A stretch of DNA of 64,000 nucleotides from Candidatus Woesearchaeota archaeon (GCA_016935175.1 JAFGRK010000032.1:1719-65718), one strand, 5' to 3'; positions 1 through 9,804 are shown, numbered from the stretch's first letter. Program-made: numbers and translations. Notes: generated by a model from the sequence alone, not told the origin.

Positions 1-1247
1 AATGGCTGGCCTGTTGTCCAGTGAGCCACTCCAGGGGCATAATCAATCTGCACCTTGTTCCCAATCGTGGTGTTGCCATAATAGCTTTCTGCTGCTGGCA
101 AAAATTCATATTCCTGGGCAAAAGATTGCAGCTTAGAGCTAAGATTATCAACTCCTTTCTGGGATTCCTTTATAGTGCCTTCAATCCAGTACACATAAGT
201 GCTTTCTTCTCCTCCCTTAGGGCGCCAAGCTGAAACAGGGACACAAGTCCTGAACCTGTCAGGGTTACCAATATTCTGGTTTCCGTTAAACAAAGCATCA
301 AATGTTTCAGCATATGCGCTGACTGGATTTGCACTGGATTGGTTGACAAATTCTTTTGAAGACAAGACCTTGACTCCTGAAATAGGATATGTTACATTAG
401 TCACTCCGGAAAGCTGGCTTTCCCTGAAAGCCCAAAAATCTCCATCAGGAGGAGGCGTGGAATTATGTATATTGTTCGCATCTACAAAATTTATCACATT
501 AGTAATATAAGCCTCTTCAAATGCTGTGCCAACATATCTCTTGCCCCATTCCTGGTAATCAAGAAGAGCAACCTTGATGCCATACTCCTTGCCATTTTCC
601 CAGTAGCCTTCGAAAAAGATAGGGTCAAGCCTCAACCCTGTCAACGGGTCTGGATTTGAGCTTGCATTCAAGAACCTAGGCTCACGACCATTATTAAAGC
701 TTCTTCCCATGCTGTCTTTCTTAGTGAACACTTCTGTATGCAAATATGTCCAGTCTACATCTGCTAATAGAATAACGTTCTCTGCTGTCAATGTATTATT
801 AGTCACGCCTATGTTCCTGTATTCCCTTGGCAGGCAGTCATTGTCAAAATAAACTTTAGGATAGAGTATGATTGTGCACGGCTCTGTTTGATTGGTTGTC
901 TCTGCAAGGTTCAGGGTTGTGCCTTCGGTTTGTACTGTTTCTAATAGTTCTAGTGTTGCTGGATCCTGGCTCAGCGGCGGATAAGTCACGCCAGTATTTT
1001 CCATGATCACCCTGAAGCCTCCTCCAGTCACAGGCACTCCGTAGTGAAGTGTCTTTCCTACCTCTACTTTTATAGAATGCTTGTACTTGGTGGGCGGTGG
1101 TGGCGGGTCTGGCCCGTTTGGCGTTGAGCATGCTGCTCCTACCAGTGCTATGTAGCCTGCTAGCGCTGCTGTGCCTAGCCATTTGGCTCCTTTCTGTAGA
1201 AAATTCTTCTTGGTCTTATTCTCTAGGTCTTCTGCCATTATTCTCAT
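1..1247 (-). CDS. Secreted or surface glycoprotein-like protein. The window holds only the N-terminal ~415 aa, and the gene continues past the window start.
   Basis: A continuous minus-strand reading frame runs from the ATG at 1247 (MRIMAEDLENKTKK...LAGYIALVGAACSTPNGPDPPPPPTKYK...) with no stop down to position 1. It has an N-terminal hydrophobic segment, a Pro-rich linker and many N-x-S/T sequons. The ORF track's 856..1182 minus ORF is a different, non-coding-looking frame. A TATA box 'tatttaaa' (minus strand, around 1270-1280) sits upstream. Confidence 0.6.
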   Translation of the reverse strand, partial: MRIMAEDLENKTKKNFLQKGAKWLGTAALAGYIALVGAACSTPNGPDPPPPPTKYKHSIKVEVGKTLHYGVPVTGGGFRVIMENTGVTYPPLSQDPATLELLETVQTEGTTLNLAETTNQTEPCTIILYPKVYFDNDCLPREYRNIGVTNNTLTAENVILLADVDWTYLHTEVFTKKDSMGRSFNNGREPRFLNASSNPDPLTGLRLDPIFFEGYWENGKEYGIKVALLDYQEWGKRYVGTAFEEAYITNVINFVDANNIHNSTPPPDGDFWAFRESQLSGVTNVTYPISGVKVLSSKEFVNQSSANPVSAYAETFDALFNGNQNIGNPDRFRTCVPVSAWRPKGGEESTYVYWIEGTIKESQKGVDNLSSKLQSFAQEYEFLPAAESYYGNTTIGNKVQIDYAPGVAHWTTGQP

Positions 1248-1338
1248 TTATTCATCCTTTCCTCTTTAAATACTTTTCGGTTTTGTAACTATTAGGTAGT
1301 GGTTATCAAGCGTAAATCTTTCGCCTCTGCAACGAAAA

Positions 1339-1347
1339 CTTTAAATA
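1339..1347 (+). promoter_or_regulatory. BRE/TATA promoter (ctttaaata) for the MNT gene; example of the window-wide consensus aaaactttaaata.
   Basis: TATA ~25 nt upstream of the ATG at 1370. Similar motifs lie at 2393-2401, 9718-9726 and 13986-13994. On the minus strand, cgaaaagtatttaaa lies upstream of the genes starting at 1247, 34369 and 40748. Confidence 0.5.
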
Positions 1348-1369
1348 CACATTATCATTATTGTTACAC

Positions 1370-1924
1370 ATGAAACAAATAAGTTACAATATCATAGAGC
1401 AGCTACTAAAAAAAGAATCTTTTCCAAGAGAAATCGCAAGAGAGCTAAAAACTAATCCAATGAGTGTAATTAGATGCTTGCATCACCTCACAAACGATAA
1501 CATAGTTTCCTTCAGGCAGGTAGGCAAGTCCAAGGTCTATTCATTGAAAAAAACGCAGGAAGCATTCGCTTATGCGTGCATAGCAGAGCACAATAAGCGC
1601 CTTAAGCTTTTTAAGAAATATCCTGCTCTTGCAGTCTTGGCAGAAGACATCCTAAGGTCCACAAGTTCAGGCCTGATAATTATTTTTGGCTCCTACGCCA
1701 AGTTCAATGCGAAAAAAGACAGTGACATCGACTTATATGTTGAAACATCTGATGGAAAAGAAAAAGAAAAGCTTGAGCAAATATATTCCGGACTCAGCGT
1801 AAAAACAGGCCTTTTTGATACAGAGAGTATATTAATGAGAGAGATTGTCAAGAACCACGTAATCCTAAGAGGAGTTGAAGCTTACTTTGGAAAAATCAAG
1901 GTTTTTGATGAAGCTAAAGCATAA
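1370..1924 (+). CDS. Minimal nucleotidyltransferase (MNT-type) with an N-terminal winged-HTH. Putative antitoxin of a HEPN/MNT pair.
   Basis: Motif GSYAK...DSDIDLYVE (G[SG]x9-13Dx[DE] NTase signature) and an N-terminal HTH (IAREL...SVIRCLHHL). The ORF-track start at 1361 is a TTG. An ATG at 1370 lies ~25 nt downstream of the TATA box 'ctttaaata' (1339-1347). Confidence 0.6.
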   Translation: MKQISYNIIEQLLKKESFPREIARELKTNPMSVIRCLHHLTNDNIVSFRQVGKSKVYSLKKTQEAFAYACIAEHNKRLKLFKKYPALAVLAEDILRSTSSGLIIIFGSYAKFNAKKDSDIDLYVETSDGKEKEKLEQIYSGLSVKTGLFDTESILMREIVKNHVILRGVEAYFGKIKVFDEAKA

Positions 1925-2369
1925 AGGAAAAATAGAGCTAGTTGAGCCTTCAGAAGACATAAAGGGGTCATACCTCATCAAGTCCCAAAGCAACATCGAA
2001 TCAGCAAAAATGCTGTTGAATGCTGAAAAATTCGAAGAGTCAATATCACTAGCCTATTATTCTATGTACAATTGCATCATGGCATTATTCTTTAAGTGCG
2101 GAATAAAATGCGAGAACCATTCCGGCTCAATAATCATCTTCAATAGGCTTTTCAAGCAAAAAGAGCTTGCAAATATAATCGAGCTTGGGAAAAAAAAGCG
2201 CATCGACACTCAATATTACACTAACTCAAATATTTCTAGCCAAGATTGCGAAAGCATAATCAGGAATGCTGACTTTTTCAACTTAGAATGTAAGAACCTC
2301 ATTAAGAGATTAAATCCAGAGAAAATCTCATCCTTAAGGGAAGAATTAGCAGAGGCATTGTCTTTTTAG
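1908..2369 (+). CDS. HEPN-domain protein, partner of the upstream MNT. No canonical Rx4-6H motif is evident.
   Basis: Overlaps the MNT gene end, which is a typical HEPN/MNT arrangement. A HEPN-like N-terminal helix pair is present (ESAKMLLNAEKFEESISLAYYSMYNCIMALFFKCG). The ORF track extends to 1875, and an internal Met at 1908 is the more likely start. Confidence 0.5.
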   Translation: MKLKHKGKIELVEPSEDIKGSYLIKSQSNIESAKMLLNAEKFEESISLAYYSMYNCIMALFFKCGIKCENHSGSIIIFNRLFKQKELANIIELGKKKRIDTQYYTNSNISSQDCESIIRNADFFNLECKNLIKRLNPEKISSLREELAEALSF

Positions 2370-2429
2370 ATAAATTTTTTTGTGCCAAAAACAAAATTTT
2401 AAATAATACAAACCATAATCAACAACATC

Positions 2430-2945
2430 ATGGACAAAAGGGGTGCGTATTTCTTTGTGATAGACGCCTTGATAGGGGGAAGCATCATCTTCATAGGCTT
2501 GATTCTCATCTTCAGCTCAAGAGTAACCAAGACCGAGTCCAACCCGACCCTTAGCCTAGTCAATGACTTTGTCACAGTCATATCCACCACTCAGATAAGG
2601 AGCTTCCAAGGAGCATACGTCCAGTCATTGCTGGATGACGGCAACATCACCGACAGGGACAACACCTTGCTAGAGCAGCTCACAGAGTTCTACTGGCTCA
2701 ACCAGAGCGGGATAAGGGACACCACTGCCATAATGGATAATTACCTGAAAGAGATCAGCAAGACAGTCATACCTGATTACAGGAGCATATCAATCTCGCT
2801 TAACAACACCAGGCTCTACCACACCCAGAGCCTGCTGCCAGAGGAAGCAGGGCTAGGAGTAGGCACTCAGAAGATATCTTTCTACAGGATCAACACCACC
2901 CATATTTACGGCCCAGTATTGTTCGAGGTGGAAGTATGGGTCTAG
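2430..2945 (+). CDS. Protein with a class III (type IV prepilin-like) signal peptide: putative minor pilin or pilus-associated protein.
   Basis: N-terminus MDKRG|AYFFVIDALIGGSIIFIGLILIF: basic residues, Gly, then a hydrophobic helix. A TATA box 'ttttaaata' (2393-2401) lies ~28 nt upstream of the ATG. Confidence 0.55.
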   Translation: MDKRGAYFFVIDALIGGSIIFIGLILIFSSRVTKTESNPTLSLVNDFVTVISTTQIRSFQGAYVQSLLDDGNITDRDNTLLEQLTEFYWLNQSGIRDTTAIMDNYLKEISKTVIPDYRSISISLNNTRLYHTQSLLPEEAGLGVGTQKISFYRINTTHIYGPVLFEVEVWV

Positions 2946-3931
2946 CCAATAACAAGAAAGGCTTGGTATTCACCATACTAGCCATAGTCATGACAGTCTT
3001 CTTCACCACCATGTTCTCCTCAAAGATAGAAACGCCTATCGACTCAAAAGCCAGCCTGATAGAGGCCAGGGTGAGCTTGCTAGACAGCTACATGAATGAT
3101 TTCTACAGCTATGCAGAAGGCGCAGGCTCAGTAACAGGCTACGCAGCGATCCAAGGAATAATACAGGACATGAGCATGACACGCTCTTACAAGCCAGGCT
3201 TTGAGCAGGAGATGGCCAACTGCACCTTGCTAGGCAACCTCACCAGCACCAAGCTCTGCCCAGGCATGGAAAACCTCACCTTGATCAAATACCTTGACAC
3301 CATGAAAAAGCTGGCAGAGGACTTCCTTAACATAAAGGCTAACTACACAGTCAACAACATCAACATAACCCAGGGCCTAGATGCCTTCTCAGTGGAGCTG
3401 CTCATCAACATCACACTAGAGATAATTGATGACTATGCCAACCTAACAGACACAAGGGTTGTGGTAAGCCCTATCATCATCACAGGCCTGCCAGACCCAT
3501 TGTTCATGCTTAACGGCACCTATAACCAGAGCATACTGCAGAACAACCTCAACAAGAAAGAAGGGGACTGGAACTACACAGACCTGCAGAACCTGTACTA
3601 CAACAACACTTACAGGAACTACAAGCAAGGCATAAGCTTCATTAGGCGCATCAAAGGGGATTTCGCAGACATGACAGACTACTACGGCCTCGAGAGCATA
3701 GTGAACTACACCAGGGTTAGCTACCACGAGAACCACAGCATGATAGACTACCTTTACTGGCGCAACATCACCTTCCCCTGCAGGTCACCAACCTCTCCCT
3801 TCCCATACCTGGTAGGAATAAATGGAGACATACTGCCGATGAACGGGGCGCAGTACTTCCAGCTGGACGATGACCACAGGCTGAGCTTTGGCATCAACCC
3901 AGGCAACACTACCAGGACATGCACACCGTGA
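2936..3931 (+). CDS. Pilin-like secreted glycoprotein candidate with a class III-like signal peptide.
   Basis: N-terminus MGLANNKKG|LVFTILAIVMTVFF, and 14 or more N-x-S/T sequons across 331 aa. It overlaps the end of the preceding pilin-like gene by 10 nt (operonic). Confidence 0.5.
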   Translation: MGLANNKKGLVFTILAIVMTVFFTTMFSSKIETPIDSKASLIEARVSLLDSYMNDFYSYAEGAGSVTGYAAIQGIIQDMSMTRSYKPGFEQEMANCTLLGNLTSTKLCPGMENLTLIKYLDTMKKLAEDFLNIKANYTVNNINITQGLDAFSVELLINITLEIIDDYANLTDTRVVVSPIIITGLPDPLFMLNGTYNQSILQNNLNKKEGDWNYTDLQNLYYNNTYRNYKQGISFIRRIKGDFADMTDYYGLESIVNYTRVSYHENHSMIDYLYWRNITFPCRSPTSPFPYLVGINGDILPMNGAQYFQLDDDHRLSFGINPGNTTRTCTP

Positions 3932-3940
3932 GACGGAAAC

Positions 3941-4098
3941 GAAAAAGTCGCGTTGGGCAACAAAAGCTGAGGCTTTTGAGGTGCCAGCGTTTCTGGCACC
4001 ACCCCGGATGGGGCGACCCCCGCCCAAGCAACCACTGTGCAAGTCCTCGCTTATGCTTCGGACGTTGCACTGGTCGCTGGTTGCCGCGACTTTTTTTT
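3941..4098 (-). repeat. Structured intergenic repeat, copy E (core in minus orientation).
   Basis: Termini gaaaaagtcgcg ... cgcgacttttttttt. Core (reverse complement) ggcgggggtcgccccatccggggtg. Confidence 0.6.
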
Positions 4099-4148
4099 AC
4101 TTAATGTTAATATTAATCGATAATTTTATATATTCTCATTAGTCATAA

Positions 4149-4670
4149 ATGCTTTTAGATAGTTTAATTCATAAACTGTCAAGGAAAAGAGGTGGGCAGC
4201 TATTGCCAGAGGAAGTAATAAGGACAGGAGTGGATGACCTGCTAGATCTTCTTAAGAAGACAGACAAGATATCAGTCCATGAAGCAGCCAAGAAGCTGAA
4301 GCTCAGCTCTGAGATGATACAGGCATGGGTAGATTTCCTGGTGGAAGAGGAGATAGTAGGAGTGGAGTACAAGTTCACCAAGCCAATAATCTACCTCAAC
4401 AAGCCACAGCAGGCCAAAGTGGATACTACAGTGAAGGAAGAGCCTGTTCAGAGCATGGAGATCTACAAGGCAGAGTTCAAGAGGAAAGCTGCTGAGAAGA
4501 ACATCCCTCAGGAAAAGATAAGCTTCTTCTGGCGCAACCACGTAAAGGAAGTATTAGTAAGGAAAAAAGACTTTTTTTACAGGGAAGCAAAGAAAAGGAA
4601 CCTTGCCAACGTGGAAAATCTTTGGAAGGCTTACGGGGAGAAGCTGCTCTCATCTCACAGCGCATCATGA
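4149..4670 (+). CDS. Hypothetical small protein with a predicted winged-helix/HTH segment.
   Basis: Complete ORF. The HTH-like stretch is ISVHEAAKKLKLSSEMIQAWVDFLVEEEIV. No recognisable catalytic motif. Confidence 0.4.
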   Translation: MLLDSLIHKLSRKRGGQLLPEEVIRTGVDDLLDLLKKTDKISVHEAAKKLKLSSEMIQAWVDFLVEEEIVGVEYKFTKPIIYLNKPQQAKVDTTVKEEPVQSMEIYKAEFKRKAAEKNIPQEKISFFWRNHVKEVLVRKKDFFYREAKKRNLANVENLWKAYGEKLLSSHSAS

Positions 4671-4688
4671 TAAAGGGGAAAATAAACA

Positions 4689-6137
4689 ATGGACTTTGAG
4701 AAATTCATCGATATTGACATCATAGAATTCCTTGACGAGCAAGCCCTAGCCCAGGCTGAGAAGTCAGCAGAGGTGAGGGAAGAGGAGTTCGACCTGTACG
4801 AGATAACCCAGGACTACACCCTGAACATAACCAAGGCCTTGAAGGAAGGCAACCTGAAAAAAGCCCAGGAGATATTTGAGGATGTCAAGTCCAAGTACAA
4901 CAAGGCTCCCGCAGACTCGCTCAACAAGAAAAGGCTTTACATCATCATGGAGGAGATATTTGAGAAGATAAAGGACTATGAGAGCCAGGAGGAAGGCAAG
5001 AAAAACCTTTTCGAGACCATAAGGGAGTACGAGGAGACAGGATTGTTCGCTACTCCAGGCCAGGCAGAGAAGAAAGCTCCTGAGACTATCGGCCTGCTCC
5101 TGAGCACCATCCACATAAAGGAGAAAGAGCTAGAGAAGATAACCACCAAGCAAACACTTAACCATTATGACTTTGCAAGGGCTATCCAGAGATACAGGCA
5201 GCTCAAGGAGCTCATCAAGAGGATTCCTGCTGAGCACGAGCAGGAAAAGGCTAAGAGCTATGAGTCAGCCCTGACATGGTATTACACTATCAAGAAGCTC
5301 AAGGAAAGGCTGGACAAGGAAGAGGAAAGCAAGATAAAGGAGGAGGCAGCCAAGGAGCAGCAGGACGAGAGGCCTATAGAGGAGAAGCTTGCAGAGGTAA
5401 GGAGGATCAAGGAAGAGATAATCCAGAGCCACATGAGGATAGTGGAGCTGGTAAGGAAGAAGGAGCTGCAGGCAAGCATAGAGGAATACAGGAAGCTAAA
5501 GGCCTTGTGCGAAGAGTTCCCATATGAGATGGAAGCAGAGAAGACAGCCCTGCTGGCAGACGCCCTTAGCATGTACGAAAGCATCAAGAGGCTTAAGCAA
5601 GAGCTGGCAAAAGAGGGCAAGGAAAAGAAAGAGGCCCATGAGCAAGAGCAAGCACAGGAAGAAAAAGAGCAGGCTGCCAAGCAGCAGATAATCAGCAAGA
5701 TAAGCAAGGTCAGGGAATGCCTGTCAAAGCAAGACTCTGAAGGCGCAGCCAGGGAGTACAATGAGATAAGGGAGATGTTCAGGGGCTACAGGGAAGGCTC
5801 GCTTGAGGAAAAGAAAGAGCTGTTTGACCAGATAATGAAAGCCCACCAGGACATAAGGAAGCTGCACGAGGAAGCCAAGAAAAAAAGCTCTCCGGGAAAT
5901 GAGAAGAAAACAGAGGGGATACAGGAGAAGCTTAACCATGTCCAGGAGCTGATAGACAGCGAGCAAGTGGATGAGGCAACGCAGCTGCTGTTAGAGGCCA
6001 AGCACCAGATAGAGATGCTCCCCCATGACGCTTTCGACGACAAATACTCTTTCACCAAGCAGGCAGAGGCAGCAGAGCACAAACTGCTCTTCCTGAAGAA
6101 CATGCACCGGATAGCAGCGCCTATAGGCGCAAGATGA
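4689..6137 (+). CDS. Highly charged alpha-helical repeat protein (K/E-rich, ~5 repeats of ~45-50 aa). Function unknown, located within the pilus locus.
   Basis: Internal repeats such as HYDFARAIQRYRQLKELIKRIPAEHEQEKAKSYESALTWYYTIKKLKERL and LQASIEEYRKLKALCEEFPYEMEAEKTALLADALSMYESIKRLKQEL. No TM segments. Confidence 0.5.
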   Translation: MDFEKFIDIDIIEFLDEQALAQAEKSAEVREEEFDLYEITQDYTLNITKALKEGNLKKAQEIFEDVKSKYNKAPADSLNKKRLYIIMEEIFEKIKDYESQEEGKKNLFETIREYEETGLFATPGQAEKKAPETIGLLLSTIHIKEKELEKITTKQTLNHYDFARAIQRYRQLKELIKRIPAEHEQEKAKSYESALTWYYTIKKLKERLDKEEESKIKEEAAKEQQDERPIEEKLAEVRRIKEEIIQSHMRIVELVRKKELQASIEEYRKLKALCEEFPYEMEAEKTALLADALSMYESIKRLKQELAKEGKEKKEAHEQEQAQEEKEQAAKQQIISKISKVRECLSKQDSEGAAREYNEIREMFRGYREGSLEEKKELFDQIMKAHQDIRKLHEEAKKKSSPGNEKKTEGIQEKLNHVQELIDSEQVDEATQLLLEAKHQIEMLPHDAFDDKYSFTKQAEAAEHKLLFLKNMHRIAAPIGAR

Positions 6138-6166
6138 CAATTAGAATTAAAAGAGGATAATCCATA

Positions 6167-7660
6167 ATGGTTGAACTAGCAAGGCTAACAAGCCCGGGAC
6201 GGGCAAGCTTCTCAAGGAAGGAGCTGATAGACAGGTACACCATCACAGTCAACAACATAGTAGTGGACATAAGCATCTATTCTGAGGAGGACAAGCCAGT
6301 CCCGGAGTACGTGGTATCAATAACCAATATCAGCGACGCCACCAAGATAATCCTTGAGAAGATAAGGCAGGAGTTCATCTCCAAGATGAACCTTGAGGAG
6401 ATAGAGAAGCTGGAGCAGAACGAACTGATCAATATCAGGCAGAGGTTCAAGGGAGAGATAAAGAAGCTAATCTTCAAGTACTTCCCCAAGGCAGATGACA
6501 CCACAGCCAACATGCTCATCAACTACCTGATAGAGGAAAACCTGGGGATGGGCAAGGTGGAAATACTGCTCCAGGACCCAGCGCTTGAGGAGATAGTCAT
6601 CAACAACCACAAGGAGCCAGTATGGATCTATCACAGAAGGCACGGCTGGCTGGTCACCAACATCAAGATAATATCAGAGGACAGGATAAGGCACTTCGCA
6701 ACCATGATAGGAAGGGATGTTGGCAAGGAGATAACCAACCTCAGCCCATTGATGGACGCCCACCTAATGACAGGAGACAGGGTCAATGCCACCTTGAACC
6801 CTATCAGCACCAAGGGGCACACAATAACCATAAGGAAGTTCTCAGCAGACCCGTGGACCATCACCAAGTTCGTCAAGGAAGGGGTCCTTAGCTATGAGGC
6901 AGCAGCCTTCATCTGGCTGGCAGTGCAGAACGAATTAAGCGTTCTCATAAGCGGAGGCACAGGAAGCGGAAAGACCAGCATGCTGAACGTCATAAGCAAC
7001 TTTTTCCCGCCAAACCAGAGGATTATCAGCATAGAGGACACCAGGGAGCTAACTCTCCCGGAAAACCTGCACTGGGTACCGTTGGAGACCAGGCTTCCCA
7101 ACCCAGAAGGCAAGGGGGGAGTCACAATGCTTGACCTGCTGGTTAACAGCCTGAGGATGAGGCCTGACAGGATACTGGTGGGAGAGATAAGGAGGAAAAA
7201 AGAGGCAGAAGTATTGCTTGAGGCCATGCACACAGGGCACTCAGTCTATGCTACCATACACGCCAACAATGCAGAAGAGGTCATCATGAGGCTCACCAAC
7301 CCGCCGATAGAGATCCCCAAGCCCATGATAGCATCACTATCGCTGATAGTCATCCAGAACAGGAACAGGAGGACAGGCAAGAGAAGGACTCTCCAGCTGG
7401 CAGAAGTGACCCCTAGCGGCGACGTCAAGGTAATCATGAAGCTCAACATGGTGAAGGACATCCTAGAGGACGCAGCCAAGTCAGATACTGTGATTGATAG
7501 GCTTAAGCTATACACAGGCATGAGTGAGGAAGACATATCAAAAGACCTCACAGAGAAAGCCAGGATACTGAGGTGGATGGTCAAGAAGAACATCTTAAAT
7601 GTCAACCAGATAGGAGTGGTGATAGCCAAGTACTACATGGGGACTCTCTACCTTGACTAA
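6167..7660 (+). CDS. Type IV pilus / archaellum-family secretion ATPase (GspE/VirB11/FlaI/PilB superfamily).
   Basis: Walker A ISGGTGSGKTS, an Asp-box/Walker B region RIISIEDTRELTL, and a His-box VGEIRRKKEAEVLLEAMHTGHSVYATIHAN. The 497-aa length is typical of FlaI/PilB-like ATPases. Confidence 0.9.
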   Translation: MVELARLTSPGRASFSRKELIDRYTITVNNIVVDISIYSEEDKPVPEYVVSITNISDATKIILEKIRQEFISKMNLEEIEKLEQNELINIRQRFKGEIKKLIFKYFPKADDTTANMLINYLIEENLGMGKVEILLQDPALEEIVINNHKEPVWIYHRRHGWLVTNIKIISEDRIRHFATMIGRDVGKEITNLSPLMDAHLMTGDRVNATLNPISTKGHTITIRKFSADPWTITKFVKEGVLSYEAAAFIWLAVQNELSVLISGGTGSGKTSMLNVISNFFPPNQRIISIEDTRELTLPENLHWVPLETRLPNPEGKGGVTMLDLLVNSLRMRPDRILVGEIRRKKEAEVLLEAMHTGHSVYATIHANNAEEVIMRLTNPPIEIPKPMIASLSLIVIQNRNRRTGKRRTLQLAEVTPSGDVKVIMKLNMVKDILEDAAKSDTVIDRLKLYTGMSEEDISKDLTEKARILRWMVKKNILNVNQIGVVIAKYYMGTLYLD

Positions 7661-7682
7661 AAAAATATTTAGGGGGGAATAA

Positions 7683-8492
7683 ATGACGCTCATAGACAAG
7701 ACAGATGCCAAGGCCACCCTGAAAAAAAAGCTCCACACAGCAGGCATCAACAAGAAGCCAGAGGAATTCCAGAAGCAGACAACTCGCGGGGCCATGATGG
7801 TAGGCTTGTGCATGGCAGCCCTTGGGTTCATGTTCGGCCAAAGGCAAGGAGGCCAAGGCCCAATCATGGCTATCCTTCTAGGGCTCACTTTCTTTGCAGT
7901 AGCCAAGTTCGTGATGAGCAAGTCAGTTGATTCTAAGATAAGCAAGAGGGCTAAGAGCATAGATAAGGATGTATTGTTCGCCGGCAGGTTCTTGCTCATA
8001 AAGCTCAACTCAGGCAAGCCCCTCATCAACTCGCTCACAGACGCCAGCCAGAGCTATGGCGTAGCCAACACTTATTTCAAGGACATAGTAAGGAACATAG
8101 ACCTGGGCACTCCTCTTGAGGATGCATTGGAAAAAGCCATGGACAACTGCCCATCAAAAAAGATGGGGAGAGTATTGTTCCAGATAAACAATGCCTTAAG
8201 GATAGGCATAGACGTGACCCAGAACCTGGAAGCAGTGCTGGAAGAGATAGCTAACGAGCAATTAGTTGAGATACAGAGATATGGGAAAAAGCTTAACAGC
8301 CTGACATTGTTCTACATGCTAGTGGCAGTGGTAGCCCCAAGCCTAGGGCTTACCATGTTCATGGTAGTCGCAGGATTAGTATCATTGGACATAGGCCCAG
8401 GAACTTTTGGAGTGTTCCTGCTATTCCTGATAATCCTTGAGCTAGTGTTCCTAAGCCTTTTCAAGAGCATAAGGCCTAACGTTAACATATAA
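7683..8492 (+). CDS. TadC/FlaJ/PilC-like polytopic membrane protein, first half (one T2SSF-like domain).
   Basis: Soluble T2SSF-like domain (FAGRFLLIKLNSGKPLINSLTDASQSYG...LEDALEKAMDNCP...QNLEAVLEEIANEQ) flanked by TM helices. Immediately downstream of the ATPase. Confidence 0.7.
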   Translation: MTLIDKTDAKATLKKKLHTAGINKKPEEFQKQTTRGAMMVGLCMAALGFMFGQRQGGQGPIMAILLGLTFFAVAKFVMSKSVDSKISKRAKSIDKDVLFAGRFLLIKLNSGKPLINSLTDASQSYGVANTYFKDIVRNIDLGTPLEDALEKAMDNCPSKKMGRVLFQINNALRIGIDVTQNLEAVLEEIANEQLVEIQRYGKKLNSLTLFYMLVAVVAPSLGLTMFMVVAGLVSLDIGPGTFGVFLLFLIILELVFLSLFKSIRPNVNI

Positions 8493-8534
8493 AAAAACTA
8501 ACAAAAAAAATTAACATAAAAAAAGCAAATAAAC

Positions 8535-9566
8535 ATGACAATCCAACTTTACCTTGAGGAATTTGGAAAAGCATTTGTGCCCAAGAAGATAAGACCAAAG
8601 CTAGGCAAATACCTGGCCAAGGCAGGAATAGACGAAGTGCCCTACAAGCTATTCGGGATAATGTTCTGGGTTGCTGCAGTAATAACTTATTTTGTGTACG
8701 TCCCCCTGCTCTACCCGCTCCTGAAGCAGCTGCACTTGTTCGTGTTCTTCATACTCACCTTCTTCTCATGGTTCCTGGTGCAAGTATTAGTTTCAGGCAT
8801 GATAGTGATGTCAACTTATTTCTACCTTAACATAACCATCTACCAGAGGACCAAGATATTAGAGGACATGCTCCCAGACTACTTGTCACTCGTATCAACC
8901 AACCTGAAAGGAGGGATGAGCTTTGAGAAATCCCTCTGGTCAGCTATCAAGCCAGAGTTCGGCATACTGTCCAATGAGATAGGATTAGTGAGCAAGAAAG
9001 TAGCCACAGGCAATGATGTGAGCGAGGCATTGCAGGAATTCGCCAACAAGTATGACTCGCCAGTCCTCACCAGGAGCATAGACCTGATAAAAGGAGAGAT
9101 CCTGAGCGGAGGCACCATTTCAGGAGTGATAGACAGCCTGGTGACCAATCTCAAGAAGACCAAGGCCTTAAGGCAGGAAATGGTAGCAGCCACCCTCACC
9201 TACATGATATTCATGGCAGTAATAGTCATAGTCATCATGCCAGCCTTGTTCGCGCTCTCAAAACAATTATTGATAATACTGCTCAAGTTCGGGGCTCAGG
9301 TAAGCTCAAGCTTCCAGGCAGCAGGGACCCAGAACGCCATGTTCAACTTCTCAGTGGCCAACATCGACCCCTTCCATTTCCAGATGTTCTCAGTAGGCGC
9401 CATAAGCATAATAGCAGTCTTCACCTCCATGATCATAAGCACCATAGAAAAAGGCGACATAAGGGGAGGGTTGAAATACATACCCTTGTTCCTGGTAGGC
9501 GCGGTAGTCATGTACTTCATCTTCAACTCCATACTAGGCTCAGTCATGAGCGGCATGCAAATATAG
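8535..9566 (+). CDS. TadC/FlaJ/PilC-like polytopic membrane protein, second half (second T2SSF-like domain). Together with 7683..8492 it forms a split FlaJ equivalent.
   Basis: T2SSF-like domain (YLSLVSTNLKGGMSFEKSLWSAIKPEFGILSNEIGLVSKKVATGNDVSEALQEFANKY) and multiple TM helices. Confidence 0.7.
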   Translation: MTIQLYLEEFGKAFVPKKIRPKLGKYLAKAGIDEVPYKLFGIMFWVAAVITYFVYVPLLYPLLKQLHLFVFFILTFFSWFLVQVLVSGMIVMSTYFYLNITIYQRTKILEDMLPDYLSLVSTNLKGGMSFEKSLWSAIKPEFGILSNEIGLVSKKVATGNDVSEALQEFANKYDSPVLTRSIDLIKGEILSGGTISGVIDSLVTNLKKTKALRQEMVAATLTYMIFMAVIVIVIMPALFALSKQLLIILLKFGAQVSSSFQAAGTQNAMFNFSVANIDPFHFQMFSVGAISIIAVFTSMIISTIEKGDIRGGLKYIPLFLVGAVVMYFIFNSILGSVMSGMQI

Positions 9567-9585
9567 GGCAGAAGCTATTGTAATC

Positions 9586-9681
9586 GCCAAAGCCAAGACC
9601 GTCGCAGCCTTGATATGCAACATTTGCGTTAGCAAATTTGCATGGCGCGGCGAGCGGTAGCGAGTAGGGCTTGGCTTTGGC
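9586..9681 (+). other. Nested hairpin element between the TadC-like gene and the first pilin gene.
   Basis: A 12-bp outer stem gccaaagccaag/cttggctttggc encloses an inner 12-bp bulged hairpin atgcaacatttgc-gtta-gcaaatttgcat. Confidence 0.4.
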
Positions 9682-9804
9682 AACTCATACAAATAGTAAG
9701 TGCATAAAAAACCAAAAACTTTAAATAAGGGAAACACAAGGGTAAGATAATAAAATAAAAAAAGACTTCCCGTCAATCAGAATTGAAGGTGAAGAGGTGA
9801 TTTA

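Noticed and set aside
856-1182. Track ORF 856..1182 (-), 108 aa, R/S/T-rich
   Set aside because: It is a non-coding-looking frame. The real gene is the other minus-strand frame, running continuously from the ATG at 1247 to the window edge.
5282-6103. Several antisense ORFs (S/L/C-rich) inside the 4689..6137 gene, and similar L/R/S-rich ORFs antisense to the acidic-repeat gene at 21255..22107
   Set aside because: They show the low-complexity composition expected from reading K/E-rich or E/P-rich coding sequence on the wrong strand or frame. They have no starts with promoter context.
7595-8038. Track ORFs on the minus strand overlapping the ATPase and TadC-like genes
   Set aside because: They are embedded in strongly supported plus-strand genes, with no motifs.
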